In this document: positions 41,716-55,070 of the stretch, piece by piece | Layout: each line of letters opens with the position of its first letter | How positions within the stretch are numbered: position 1 is the first letter of the stretch | Origin: Paraspadella gotoi | Lineage: Eukaryota > Animalia > Chaetognatha | NCBI GenBank assembly: GCA_051294375.1 | Contig: CM119268.1 | Span: 5,254,496 to 5,318,495 of the forward strand | Length of the DNA: 64,000 nt | Direction: 5' to 3' | Notes under the pieces: generated by a model | Database searches by the model: none | What the model was told of the DNA's origin: nothing | What the model saw: the letters and a program-made list of their open reading frames with translations, nothing else | Made by a program: the position numbers and the translations under genes

Positions 41716-42368
41716 TAATTTTGGAGAGGGTATGGTGAAATAGAGCCTCCATATCTCTTACAAGAAAATAACGTTAATTATACATTATTTTCGAAAGTGA
41801 TTAGTTCTTTTTTTTTTCCGTTGGACCACTGGGTCCTTGTTTCGTGAGCGAATTCCCGAATGTGATTCTCACAAAATGAGCAGGTTTACTGAAGTGACGA
41901 GTTTAAAAATCCAATGTCGCGATTGTATGAAACCAACTTCGCCTGTCGCGAGTTCAAAGTCTTTCGTTGTTTTGCGCAAAAAAGTCGAGGAAAACGATTG
42001 ACTTCCGATCACAAAAAAAAACAAAAAGGGAATCGATCTCCGCCTCGAGGTGTATTTTCTTCTTTCTCTAAAACACTCCCTCTCTTACTCTCTCTCTCTG
42101 CTCCTCACTCTGCTCCTCTCTCTTCTCTCTCTCGACTCTACTCTCTCTCTTCTCCTCTCTCTTTCTTCCTTCGCTCCACTCCCTTCCCGCTTCACTCTTT
42201 TTCACCTTCCCTGCAACAAGCAACCATGGATTCATGTCAAAGCTCAGATATTCGTGTCATGTTCTCCACCCTCCTCCAGAAAAACTATTTTCGTGTTATC
42301 CTTCAAAACAAACAAGATTAAGTTTCTAATCCCAGGAGTTTTTTTCCCTTCCCACATGTCTCTTCTCG

Positions 42369-42421
<53 letters not shown>

Positions 42422-44514
42422 CACTCTGAAGGAAGCAAAAAAAAAAAAGTCATGGCTAAAAAATGTTTCGGTTCTGGTTTTTCGAAAAAAGACTCCGCGT
42501 CGGTAAATTCCACCTTTTTAATGCATTAAGGACGAACCCTCATCCCTATTTAGAAATACTTCGCGTTTCACGAATCAGTGGGGCCGCCACGAACATATCT
42601 CCTCATCTCCTCTCTCTCGTCACTCTCTCTCTCTCTCTCCTCTCATCTCGTCTCTCCTCATCTCTCTCTCTCTCTCTCTCTCTTTCTCAGATCAAAGGAT
42701 TCGACGGCCGTCCGTTACCCGAGAGTTACGCGTCCCCGCGACTAAACGCCGACCAAATGAAACCTTCTGAGTTCCGCTCGGCCGCCGACCAATCAGCGCC
42801 AGCGCGGACGGCCTGGCGACTGCGGCCGGCCTGCTTTTATATACCGAAAATCAAAATGAAGCAATGAAGAGGGCAAACGTCAAACCTGACAGCTCGGCGT
42901 TCAGGGCCTGAATTGACAGGCGGGAACGCAACCTGGGTCGGGTAGAGAGAGAGAGACGAAGAGAGAGAGAGGGGGTAGGGAAGGAGGAGAGGTAGGGAGT
43001 TTAAAGCAGAATCCGCAATACTCCCAACTATCAATCCAGTTTAAATCTCCTTTTAATTAGTTCTATGGTAGCAATTCGTTTCTTTCGTTTGTTCTTCTTC
43101 TTTCTTCTTTTTTCTTTCTTTCTTGTCTTCTTATGCTTTCTTATCTTCTCCCTTACTTTTTCTTACTTTTTCTTTCATCTTTCTATCTTTCTTTCTTTCT
43201 CTTCTTTTTCTATCTTTGCTTTATTCTTTTCTTCCCGTTTCACTAATTTAATATTTTTGTTATTTTAATCTTTTTCAGTTTTTTACATAGTTTTTTTTCT
43301 GTTCTTTGTTTTGTTTTTTATTTTGCTTTTAACTTTTCTGAGTCGCAAATGTGTGAATAAGACGAGTGAAAACGTCTTGCTTTGTGCGCAGCATTCTCCT
43401 CTGTCTTCGTTTTCATCTTCTGCTCTCTCTCTGCTCTCTCTCACCTCTCTCTTCTCTCTCTCTCTCTCTCGTCTCTCAAGTGTCGACGTCCTCGATAATT
43501 GGCTCTTAATCACGTCGGGTGATGTTCTTCTCGCGTCGGTGTTCTCTTTGTCCGTTTTCTCGTTTTTTTGTAGTGAGGAGAGAGGGAGAGAGGGATGAGA
43601 GGAGAGGAGACGGAGGAGAGAGAGAGAGAGGAGAAGAGAGAGGAAGAGAGGAGTAAGAGAGAGAGATCGCAAGCGAGGGAGAAAGGTCGAATTTGGATTT
43701 GAAACATAGATCGAGAGGGGTCGGGTCAATCGCTGCGGTTCGTCCATCGGTCGTCGTCCGGCGAATCGTTGTATGATCCGGTCACGAGGCGGTATCGAAA
43801 AAAAACGAATTATTCCAAAAGAACAAGGAAGGAAGGGGAAAAGAGAAATGAGGAAAGAAATGATGGGGAAGACAGAGAGATGGGAGAGAACGGAGAGAGA
43901 GAGAGAGAGAGAAACGGAATTGACGAGAAGAGAGATAGAGGAGATGGGAGAGAGGAGAAGAGAAGAGAGGAGGGAAGCGAGAGACACAGAGAGAGAGAGA
44001 AGAGAGACAAGAACGAGCAGGTAGAGAGAGAGAGAGAAGAGAGCAGAGAGGAGAGAGAGAGAGAGAGAGAGAGAGAAGGAGAGAGAGAGAGAGAGAGAGA
44101 GGAAAAGAGATATTGTTCGACTCGAAAATCTATTTCACAAAATCTACTGTAGTTATTTTAGTTTCGCGTCAGTGAAATCAATGAACTGCATTTGGGAAAT
44201 CACTCTTGTTTAATTTTGAAAATGACTAAACAGAGATTGTATAACCGAATCACCCTAATCAACCTTGTGTCTTAATTGATATTAATTAAATTTAACTAAT
44301 TGCAACAGTTCAAAAAATATTATGTACCACTTCTTCAATCACTCTTAGAGTTAATAACCAAGACAGTCTTTCTTACAAGCTTGCAGGTTCCTGCTATTAT
44401 ATTATTTTAACCCACCATCCAAAGCGCAATATAGCTTATTTATTGATTAAATAAATAATTCCTTATCAAATACTAATTAATAATCTTTCCCCTTTTTCCT
44501 TCCCTCCCAAAAAG

Positions 44515-45735
44515 GTCTGGTTCAAAAACCGTCGCGCCAAATGTCGACAACAACAACAACAAGCCCAACAGAGTTCCGTCTCGTCTTCGGCCGCTTCCGG
44601 CGCCACGAGTCCCGGCGCGGGCGGCGTCAAACCGACCGGCTTAACGTCGTCGTCATCGACGTCGGCGTCTTCGTCCAACCCATCGTCGTCGTCATCGTCG
44701 TCGTCGTCGACGAAGCCGAAGATTAAGATCGAAACTTCGCCGATTCCTAAACCTTCGCCTCTTTCCCTCAACGGAAGCGCTTCCTCTCCCGGCGTCGCTT
44801 CCGCTCTTTCCGGCAACAACGCCTCCTCATCTATCGGCGGATCTCTCGGCGTCGGCGTTTCCGGCTTGACCTCCTCCGCCGATCCGGCCTCCGTTTCCGG
44901 CACGCCCACACCCCCAATGACCCACCTGAGCGCCGGAACGGGCAGCGCCGGCAGCAGCCCAAATCCCATGACGCCAACTCATTCCCTGGCGACCGGCGGC
45001 GGCGGAGGCGGTCTCTACCCGGTCAGCTCCTGCGGCGGCGCCGGCGTGGGCGGCGCCTCGTCTCCCGCGGCGGCGTACAAAGCGCCATCTATGTCGTCCT
45101 TCTCCTCCGCCGCCAACAGCATTTGGTCGCCCGCCTCTATGGGTCCGCTAGGCGGCGCTCATCACCACGCCTCCTCCGACATCGTCTCGCAAATGACGGC
45201 GGCATCGTCAGGCGCCGCCGCCGTCGCCGCCAACTGCATGCAACAGCGGGCCGCCGCCGGTTCGGCCGCGGCCGCCGCCGCCGCCGCTGCAGCCGCCGCT
45301 TCCTCCTCTCCCTGGTATTCGCCGCCGTCTAACGGCTACTCTCATCATCATCATCATCATCATCCTCATCATTCGAATCATCATCATCATCACGGAGCCA
45401 ACGGGCAGGGAACTTCCGCCGCCTCCTCAGCCGCCGCCGCCGCCGCCGCCGCCAACAGTTACTACGGTACCATGGACTACATGAGCGGCGCCTCGGCTTC
45501 GCCAATGTCAGCGCCGCTAGGAATGTCCACGAACTCTTACCATCAAACCGGCGTAGGCGGCGGCGTCGGCGGTGGCGTCGGCGGCGTCGGTCTAGGCGGC
45601 GTCGGCAACGTCGGCATGGCGCCCTCGGGTTCGCCCAATATGTCGGCCACGGATTACGACTACAAACATTCGACGCTCGATTTCAAAGCCGCCGCCGATC
45701 AAATCTCAGCTTGGCCCAAGTTTCAAGTCCTTTGA
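44515..45735 (+). CDS. otx: Otx coding exon 3 (helix 3 with K50, WSP motif, Otx tail)
   Basis: Pyrimidine tract and aag| acceptor, then VWFKNRRAKCRQQQQQ; 407 uninterrupted codons including SIWSPA, poly-Ala/His, NSYYGTMDY and the C-terminus DYDYKHSTLDFKAAADQISAWPKFQVL*. Confidence 0.96.
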   Translation, partial: VWFKNRRAKCRQQQQQAQQSSVSSSAASGATSPGAGGVKPTGLTSSSSTSASSSNPSSSSSSSSSTKPKIKIETSPIPKPSPLSLNGSASSPGVASALSGNNASSSIGGSLGVGVSGLTSSADPASVSGTPTPPMTHLSAGTGSAGSSPNPMTPTHSLATGGGGGGLYPVSSCGGAGVGGASSPAAAYKAPSMSSFSSAANSIWSPASMGPLGGAHHHASSDIVSQMTAASSGAAAVAANCMQQRAAAGSAAAAAAAAAAAASSSPWYSPPSNGYSHHHHHHHPHHSNHHHHHGANGQGTSAASSAAAAAAAANSYYGTMDYMSGASASPMSAPLGMSTNSYHQTGVGGGVGGGVGGVGLGGVGNVGMAPSGSPNMSATDYDYKHSTLDFKAAADQISAWPKFQVL

Positions 45736-45750
45736 GTTTTGAGATGGGGT

Positions 45751-46270
45751 TGATTGGAGAAGAGGAGCAAGTGATTGGAAGTGATTGGAGAGAAAGAGGA
45801 AGTGATTGGGAGAAAATAGAGGAAGTGATTGGTTGTGTATTGGAGAGAATGAGGAATTGATTGGAAGAGAAAGAGGAAGTGATTTGTGGGTGATTGGAGA
45901 CGGAAGAGATTTGGTGGTGATTGGGAGAGAAAGAGGAAGTGATTGGTTGGTGATGGAGACAAAGAGTAGAGTTATTGGTGGTGATTGGAGAGAATGAGGA
46001 AGTATTTGGAGAAAAAGAGGAAGTGATTGGAAGTTGCTTGGAGAGAAAGTGATTGGTGTGATTGGAGATAATGAGGAAGTGATTGGTGGTGATTGGAGAC
46101 AAAGAGGAAGTGATTGGTGGTGATTGGAGACAAAGAGGAAAGTGATTTGGTGGTGATTGGAGACAAAGAGGAAGTGATGGTGGTTTGGTGAGAGGAAAGA
46201 GGAAGTGATTGGTGGTGATTGGAGTAGAAAGGAAGTGATTGTGTGATGTGAGAGAAAGAGGAAGTGATTG
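45751..46270 (+). repeat. ~30 bp minisatellite directly 3' of the Otx stop codon
   Basis: Repeated unit gaggaagtgattggtggtgattggagacaaa with variants. Confidence 0.9.
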
Positions 46271-46480
46271 AAGAGTCAACGATCTTCTTCAGTGACGAAG
46301 AATTTTTAAATCTTTTACTCTATCCTTTTCCTCCTCCTCCTCCTCCTCCTCATATTCCTCCTCTTCCTCTTCCTCCTCCTAAGTTCTTCATTCCAAAATT
46401 GACCTCACCTCCACCCTTACCCTTTCCCTTTCGTCAATTGTCCAACACAGCAGCATTCGTGTTCCCCCCTCTTGCCTCTC

Positions 46481-46565
<85 letters not shown>

Positions 46566-46990
46566 TTCACTCACTTCTTTCAAGATTTATATCTTTTAAT
46601 CTCGAGTTTAAAGCAATGTTAAATCGTTTTTTAAAAAAAGGATTCCGTAATCTATTACTTATCTTTTCTTTATATGTTAAAAAAAAAAACAATTTTTCTA
46701 TGTCAATTTTCGTTGCTTTTTTAACTTTCTGTGACTTTTCGTTGCGTTGAAAATTTAAAAAGAAATTTTTTGTTTTTAAATTCTTAACATTGTCTCTAAT
46801 TTGATAAATTACTCGTGTTTACAAAACAAAACCAAACAAACAAACAAAAAACGAACCACCGCTTAAGTCTCGATTTCATTGCGACTGCACAATTTTTCCC
46901 AGTACCCTTTGCCTCCCGCGTCCCTCCGAATTTCCTGTTTATCGAATTCTCTCTCTCTTCTTCTCTCTCTCTCTCTCTCCTCTCTCTCTC

Positions 46991-47032
<42 letters not shown>

Positions 47033-47151
47033 CTTTTGTTTGTTGTAGTCAAAACAAAACTAAATTCGTTGTTTCGGGTTAAAACCAGGTAAAAAATTAG
47101 CGAATTGCCAAGACAATTATTACAATGAAAATGTTGATTTCTCTCTCTCCT

Positions 47152-47228
<77 letters not shown>

Positions 47229-48102
47229 GTTTCTCCCTCTATTTTAGTTTGTTAGCTCCTCTCTTCTCTCTCCTCTCTCCCCGTTATATATTTTTTTTCA
47301 ATGTAAAGTATAAATTTAGTCTCCTGTTTCTTGTTCTTCTTCCCTCTTTAATTTTCTTGTCTCCCGCCTAAATAAATAGTTTTATGTGCTTCAGAAAAGA
47401 ATAAGAATAGTGAGAAACAAGAGAAAGGTCGAGATTTATTTGAGTCATTTTTTTTCTCTGTCTGTGGTGGTTTCCCTTCATCTGCTAACCTAAATAAAAA
47501 AATAAAAACTCGAAAAAATAAAAAAAAAGTTTTTTTTCAAAAAAAGAAAGTAAAAACAGAAAGAAAGACAGATAGGGAGCCATCTTAACCAGCCATAGCT
47601 ATCTCGAAAAGAAAAAAGAATATTGACAAAAAAAAGAAATTGGAAGTTTTACAATTACAAATTACAAAATTTAAAATTTAGTTATCAACCAGAAAATGAA
47701 AAAGCTAAAAATCATTTAAAGTACTTAGAAAAAAGTATTTTCCGATATCCTTGATTGACCGATTATCGGGTGATAAATTAGTGATAAACGATTGATGAAT
47801 AAGTGATATTTTAGTGATAAATTCGTGATAAATTACGGATAATGACACCGTCTCGATGACCTCCCCTTGCGCCGTAAAAAAATCGAGTTAATTAAAAAAA
47901 AAAGTTTTGTTTTTCTCTGAAAATCGAAAATTGAAAAATCGTTAGAAGTTGAGAGGGAGGAAGAGAAGCAGAGAGGGACAGAGGGAAGAAGAGAAGGAAA
48001 GGAAGCAGCAGAGGGGATGGAAAGTAGGGATCAGGGTTAATGAAAGATAGGAAAGGAGAGAGAGTGGGAATAGATAGAGGGGGCCGAAGGGAAAGAGGAA
48101 AG

Positions 48103-48150
<48 letters not shown>

Positions 48151-48409
48151 GAGAGAGACAGAGAGAGAGGGGGAGTGACACGTGTCACTCCTGCGTCCAT
48201 TGCGTGTCTCATCTTCCGCACGCGGACGTTCTGCCCTCACGCGCTGGTTTTTGCCCGCTGCTTTGCCCGCTGTTTTGCCTGCTGCTTTGCCCGCTGCTTT
48301 CTCCCGCTGCTTTCCCCGCATCATAACGTTACTAGAGAATTTCCTCCCTTCGCTTTCTCCTTCCCTTCCTTTTAAAATAGCTCCCTTTTCTCTCCCGTCG
48401 TTGCTGGGT

Positions 48410-48466
<57 letters not shown>

Positions 48467-48639
48467 CTCTCTTCTCTCTTTTTATCATTTCCCCTCCTTT
48501 TTCTCCCTCATCATTTTTCTACTTCCACCCTTCTCTTTCTCTCTAACACACACTCTCTATCTTTCTAATTCTGTCTCTCTCACTCTCTCTTTTACTCTCT
48601 CTTTTTCTCACTCTCTCCCTCCCTCTCCACCTCACATTT

Positions 48640-48725
48640 CTTTCCGCGCACGCACCGCGCATGCGCGGCGCGAGTCTCGCACGTGACTCGACGCGCGTGC
48701 GAATTCGATCCTCGAAATTCGATAC
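48640..48725. promoter_or_regulatory. CpG-dense element with NRF1-type palindrome and E-box
   Basis: CCGCGCATGCGCGG at 48655-48668; CACGTG at 48680-48685 inside cgagtc...gactcg arms. Confidence 0.45.
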
Positions 48726-48993
48726 AAGAGGCGGAGGAGGCGGAGGAGGCGGAGGAGGAGGAGGAGGTGGAGGAAGAGAGGAAAGGAGATTGGAATTAGG
48801 AAGAGAAGAAGAGAGGAAGAGAGGAAAGGAGATTGGAATAGGAGGAGAAGGAGAAGAGGAGGAGAGAGAGGAGGAGGAGAGGAGATTGGAATTAGGGAGG
48901 GGGAAGGTAGGAAGATTGAAGGGAAAAGGAAATATTAAAATAAAAAACAGGAAGTGGCTTGAAGAGAAGGTCAAGGAGGAGGAAGAGAGAGAC

Positions 48994-49078
<85 letters not shown>

Positions 49079-49216
49079 TGATTTAAAGAAGTTAGTTAAA
49101 GAAGAAAAGAAAAACTCTCCCTGCTGTTTGGCGCGTGAGCGGAAATATGAAGAAAATCGAACGAGAAAAAGAGAAGGAAAGACGAAAGGCCTCTTCCCCT
49201 TCTCTCTCCTCTCTCG

Positions 49217-49252
<36 letters not shown>

Positions 49253-49284
49253 CTCATTCTATCTCTCTCCTCTCTCTCTCTCTT

Positions 49285-49370
<86 letters not shown>

Positions 49371-50228
49371 CTCTCTCATTCTCCTCTCTCTCTCTCTCTA
49401 TCTCTCTCACCAAAATTCAAAACAAAAAAAATGCATTTTGCTTATTATATTCGCCTTTTTCAAAAATTTGTGCGTTTACTTTATCTTTTAAATGGTTCCC
49501 TCCTCCTCTTTCCTCCTCCTTCCTCCTCCTTCCTCCTCCTTCCTCCTCCTCCTTCCCCTCCTTTTCCTCCCTCCTCCTCCTCACCTTCCCCCCTACCTTC
49601 ACCCTCTCCCACTTCTCCACCAATTGAGCCAATTTTCCTCTCGTTGATTCGAATTTTTCTTTTCCAACATCAAAATCTCTTTTTTCAAGTTGTTCACCTT
49701 TTCCGACTGAAGAGAGAGAAGGGGGGAGGGAAATGGGTTTGGAGGGTGGCGCTGGTGGAAAAAGGGGAAAAAGGTGGATGGGTTGAATAGTTAATTTACT
49801 TGGAAGGGGTGAAAAAGTTGGAAAAAATTAAAGGTCGAAAGAATGTTGGAAAGGGTCGTGCCAGACTGTGAAAGAATCTTGATTGCAAATTCTCAAGGTC
49901 CTCTATTACCCTATTTGAAGATTATCCAATATCCATTCATTTAAAAAATAAAAGCTATCTCGCCCCTGGACTTTGGACGGCTATGGTTTGTAACCGCCTC
50001 CATCCCTCTTAAAAGATAATAACAAGATCCTGCAAGCTCTCAATGAAGACTCTCTCACAGTAATGTTTTTATTTTGAAAGAGCTTGATTGTACCGAATGA
50101 ATAGATAATTTTCAATTTTTCATATTGGCTGTACCAATTTTATACTACATTATATCGTCACACCTCCAAATTAGACTCCATCATATTGTTCACTATTCGC
50201 AAGAGAATCAACATTCTCATTTACTCCA

Positions 50229-50988
50229 TCAAATTGAGCTAAGACGACTCCAGCATGTCTCCTTCCATCGCCCCATTTCCTTAACGACTCACCACTCTAA
50301 CGTATTGCAACGAATCGGGCCGCTCGTAATCTTCCAATTCCTTCTTATTGATTTCGGTCTCCAAAGCCAAAGCCAATCGACATTCTGCGTGGAAACAAAT
50401 GGCCTTATTTTCTCTACATGCCACATTTCGGAATTTATTGTTTTTAGGTTTAGTAATTATGTTAAGAGACTGTGGTTAGGAATTATGTTTGGGATCCAGT
50501 TATGGATTAGGGTTTGGGATTAGGTTATTATTTAGGGTCGGGATAGCTATTAGAATTAAGGATCAGCACATAGATGCGGTAAAAGATTTTAATTTACTAA
50601 TTCAGTCAAAATTTAAGTTTAGAGATTAAGAAAAAAAAATGGGACGCTTATAGAAAAGTGAGCTTTTTCTCCCCCCCCCCCGTTTCACCCTCGGCCTGTC
50701 GCTGATGCGTAGACAGTCGCTCCGCCTGATCAGACATCGCCCGTACTTCCTTCCTCATCCGGGCCTCTTCCTTCTCCGCCTCTTCCATCCGCCGAGTCTC
50801 GCCTTTGAGACGAAAGAGACACTCGCCCAGCAGGCGGGTAAGGTTCTGACTTACCTTGTCCAGCATCGGTGAGAGTGTTCTCTTTTTGGGTCGTGGAGAT
50901 TTTCAACTTAGAAGGTGGGGGTGTGAGGTGGGACGGGGAAATTGGGAGGGATTCCTTCTCTCCCCACGCTCGCTCTCTCATTCCTCTC

Positions 50989-51036
<48 letters not shown>

Positions 51037-51061
51037 CTCTCTTCCTCTCTCTCTCTCTCCT

Positions 51062-51110
<49 letters not shown>

Positions 51111-54100
51111 CTTACAACTTCTTGATCCATTGCTGTGGACTTTGTTATCTTCGAAAAATTCAAATTCTCGCGCGATTTCTTTTAGTCTTCGTCTGAGAAA
51201 AAAGTATTAATCTTTCCGAGTTCCGTTTTTAACGAGATTCAACAAAAAGAGACTCTTTTGAACAAGATCGCAAAAACGACTTTTTGGACACAGTTGCCTT
51301 TTGCAACGAACAGTTTGTATATCTCTGCAATTCTACGAATTCCTTTTTAATTGCAATCCAGTCTGTAAAACTCTCTCGTACTGCAACTTAGTTGCTTTCT
51401 GCAATGGACAGTCTGTAAAACTCAGTCGTTCAGCAACTCACTTGCTTTTCGCAATGGACAGTCTGTAAATCTCGGGCCATGTGCTCCTTGAGGCGAATGA
51501 CGTCGTCGTAATACTTAGCAACGGATTCTCCCTTGCAGGAAACGAGGTGGAGCTGAATAGAGAAGGAGAGGGGGAGAATGAAAATAGGAGATGGGCTGGG
51601 AGGGAGGGAGGAAATGGAGAATAAAAAGAGGGAGGTAGGGAGGAAAAAGAGATCAAGAAGATGGAGGCAGGGAGAAAAGTGATAATAAGAAAAGGGAGGG
51701 AGGGAGGAAAATTGGGAGAATAAAAAGAGGGGGTGAGGAAAAAGAGAATAAGAAGATGGAGGCAGGGAGGAAAGTGATAATGAGAAGAGGGAGGTAGGGA
51801 GAGAGGGAGAAACCTCTCTTCTCTCTCTCTCTTCCCTCCCCTCTCCCACCTTCCCCCACCGATTTTGTCCTTCACCCCTAACCTACTTCCTCTTTCCTCC
51901 CCTTTCTCTCATCTCCCCTTCCCCCTCTTCTCCCCCTTACCTCCGTCCGCCTGTTCCCAGGCCTGATTCCCAGAATCTCTTTATCAAACTTTCGCCTGTA
52001 AAACGCGATTCTCTTTAAGCGAATCCTTCGCTCTTCGATGACGGCGGAAACCGTTTCCAATTGCGCCTCCTGCAAAACGAAACGATTGGTCACTGGTCAT
52101 TGGGGTCATTGGTAAATGGTCAGTGGTCATTGTGGTCAATGGTCGATTGGGAGACCATGAACGGCCACTCGTCATGGTAAGTTTGCTAAGTAGTTATTGT
52201 CATATAATCATAATGATAATCATAATAATGTCGTTTCTTCGATCAAGTTTGATGAAAATAAAAAGTTTTCAAATCATAAAATACGAAAAATTGAGCTCAA
52301 ATAAATCAAAAATTAAATATCTTGACAATGCATGGTTTTGTTGTTTACATTTTTAAGCTATTTTTATGAAAATCTTTTCGAAAGGGGCTGGGACAGGGAA
52401 CCTTTCAAAAGGGAAATGCCAAATATAAAATAATAAATGCAATTTCCATTCCCAACTTAGGAACTGTTGATCTGGGGAGAAAATTTAACGAGGGATTATG
52501 GATTAAAATGATTTTATGTGTGTAGGGTTTATAGAGTATTCTTCAGGCACAAGGCTCTGAAGCACCTCTCCTAATGAGAGATCCCTATGAAGGGGAAGAG
52601 ACTTACTTTAAACAAATTGAAACTACTGAATTATAAGCTTCGATGTTTCCAGCGAAAATTATTTTTTGTCATACCTTTTTCAAAAAGTTTTCAATTGGCC
52701 AACTTTTATCAAGCAATTCGAGTTTTGATCCATTTTTACTGCAGAATGAGAATCCTAAGCTTTGCAATTTTGTATCATAACTATTAATGATTGAACTGAA
52801 GACGTTTTTAAAAATAATTTGCATTAGTATTTGACTTTTGATGATATCAAGCTAGTCATAAGTTTATTATGCTTCTGATTATCAGCATTTTTTGTTTCCT
52901 ATGCAAATGAAAAAGCCAGGAAAGCCTCGTCTCCAAGATTTCGAACAAAAGTTCTGCGAAACCAAATATTTTCAGTAAAGTTTATCAAAGGTCTTTTCCT
53001 TGAGAAAAATAGGCATATCTATGATTAATAGAAAAATAAAAACAACAAAGTCATCAACAATGCGAATAAAAAAAAATCAAGATAATCAACCAAATAACGA
53101 ATGAAAGAAACTAACAAAGAATAAATATTAACAGTGAAAACAAAAGAATACAAAGTAACTAAAATCGAAAGAAGGCGAAAGGAAAAAAAACAAAGCAAAT
53201 AAGAAAACGAAGAAGGAAAACAATGAAAAGAAACAAAGCCAATACCTAAAAAAACAAAACAAAAAACAGAATAGAAACGTCCCTGTTTTGAGAGAAATCG
53301 CTGATGTCCTCCTCTTCGAAGTCGAATTTCTTGAGTCGCGATTTCAAGTTTATCTCGAAAATGAAGTTTGGCTTTTGGAGGCGAAGGAGGCGTCACTTTT
53401 GAGGAGGCGCTGGTCCCTGGAAGAGGGTGAGCGATGGGGGAATAATGGGCTCTGGAAGGGGTGGTAGTGCAGAAAGGTTTATTTTTTCTATGCTCCTTGA
53501 GTGTCTGTGCGTTCCACGCGTCGCCCGTCCAAAGAGCGACTACGAGAGTTTCGGATAGTTAATTTAACTTATTGATAATCAATTAATTATATTATTATTC
53601 CATTTCATCTGTCCATTTTTTTTTACGGAACCGGTTATGTCGCCCTATTTTCCCAGAACGCCCCGTTTTATCTTAAATTAGGAATCAAATTGTTTTTAAG
53701 GTTAAGGATAAAGTTAGGGATTATGATTAGGGATTGGGTTTTGGAATTCGGGTTTAGGATTAGAGTTATAATTAAGGATTAGCTTAAGATTAGGGATTAG
53801 GGTTAAAAATTAAGTCATGGGTTTGGTAATACATTATGTTTAAATATTGAAGTTAAAATTTATTTCAGGGATAAAGAAAAATGGGTGCTTTCGAAAAATT
53901 GCGCCCTAGTTTTTATTTGTTTTTCCTCTAAATGGCCCTTCTTCATTTCCCCCTTCCACAATCCTCTCCACGACCCCCCCTTCCACATGCCCGTCATCTT
54001 GGACGATTTCGATGTAACCGAAGTTATTGACATCACGGACGACAACCTCTTAGGCGGCGCCTTCGCTGATTGGTCCATCGCTCTCTCCTTCTTGAAATGC

Positions 54101-54983
54101 TGATTGGTCGAGAGAGAAAGGAGAAAGGGAGTGAGAAGATGTTTAATCATAGCCACGTTATGAGCATTTATGGTATTTATTTATCGGGTAAAGATGGTTA
54201 AACTATTTCGCTATTTGGGATATCGAATTTTTTAGTTTTTATAGGATGGAGAAAATTGGGATTATCATTAAACGGAGAATGGTCATCATCATTTTCATCA
54301 TCAATATCATTATCATTATATTAAATCATTATCATCATCATCATCACCATAAATGAACAGACGTCCTCGGGTTTGACTTTTCCTGGCGCAGTCATCTCTT
54401 CGTACTCTTGGAGAGAAGTCCTCGATTGATCGAAAGAGCAAGATTGATTGACACAAGTTCGGGAAGGGATATGATCATGTCATGTCATGTCATGTCAGGT
54501 CCACTAAAAGTCAAGACGTTCTTCAATGTCTTGTTATTTTTCCAAGTCTTGTAGTAAAAATTTTATGCATGTTTCATTGATGCGATATGAAATCGGTAAG
54601 AACATGAACAATGTTAAGAATTATCCATTTATCTAATATTAATAAGTTAATATTAACGTTAATAAAATATTTTTCCCTTTTGACTCAAGATAGCTTATTT
54701 ATCGAATTTAATTTCCTCTTTCCAATTTCATATTATTGAACTTGAAATTAAATCAAAACGAACGTCGAGGTCAGTCCTACTTTCTTCTCTCCGCGTCCCA
54801 CGCATCCCTAGTCCGCCCTCGACTCCTTCGCCAATGACTCTCCAAGAAATCCGTCTCCAGCCTCAGAAGTCGGTTGTCTCGATCCAAGCGGTTCGTCCAC
54901 TCCTCAAGCATCTCGTCAGAGAGGAAGATCTCCGAGGGGGGGTCGTCCTTCACCTGTCGAGAATGGAGGGATAGATACTAGAT

Positions 54984-55070
<87 letters not shown>

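Noticed and set aside
44466-44969. Minus-strand 167 aa ORF
   Set aside because: Antisense shadow of Otx exon 3.
45733-45753. Stop-codon readthrough of Otx
   Set aside because: TGA is followed by G, another in-frame TGA comes after five codons, and KFQVL is the normal terminus.
45683-46279. Repetitive PITTNHF ORFs, or a CRISPR-like array
   Set aside because: Translation of the minisatellite; no unique spacers, no cas genes, eukaryotic context.
50125-50523. Plus-strand 132 aa ORF
   Set aside because: Antisense to the last CCDC113-like exon; no motif of its own.
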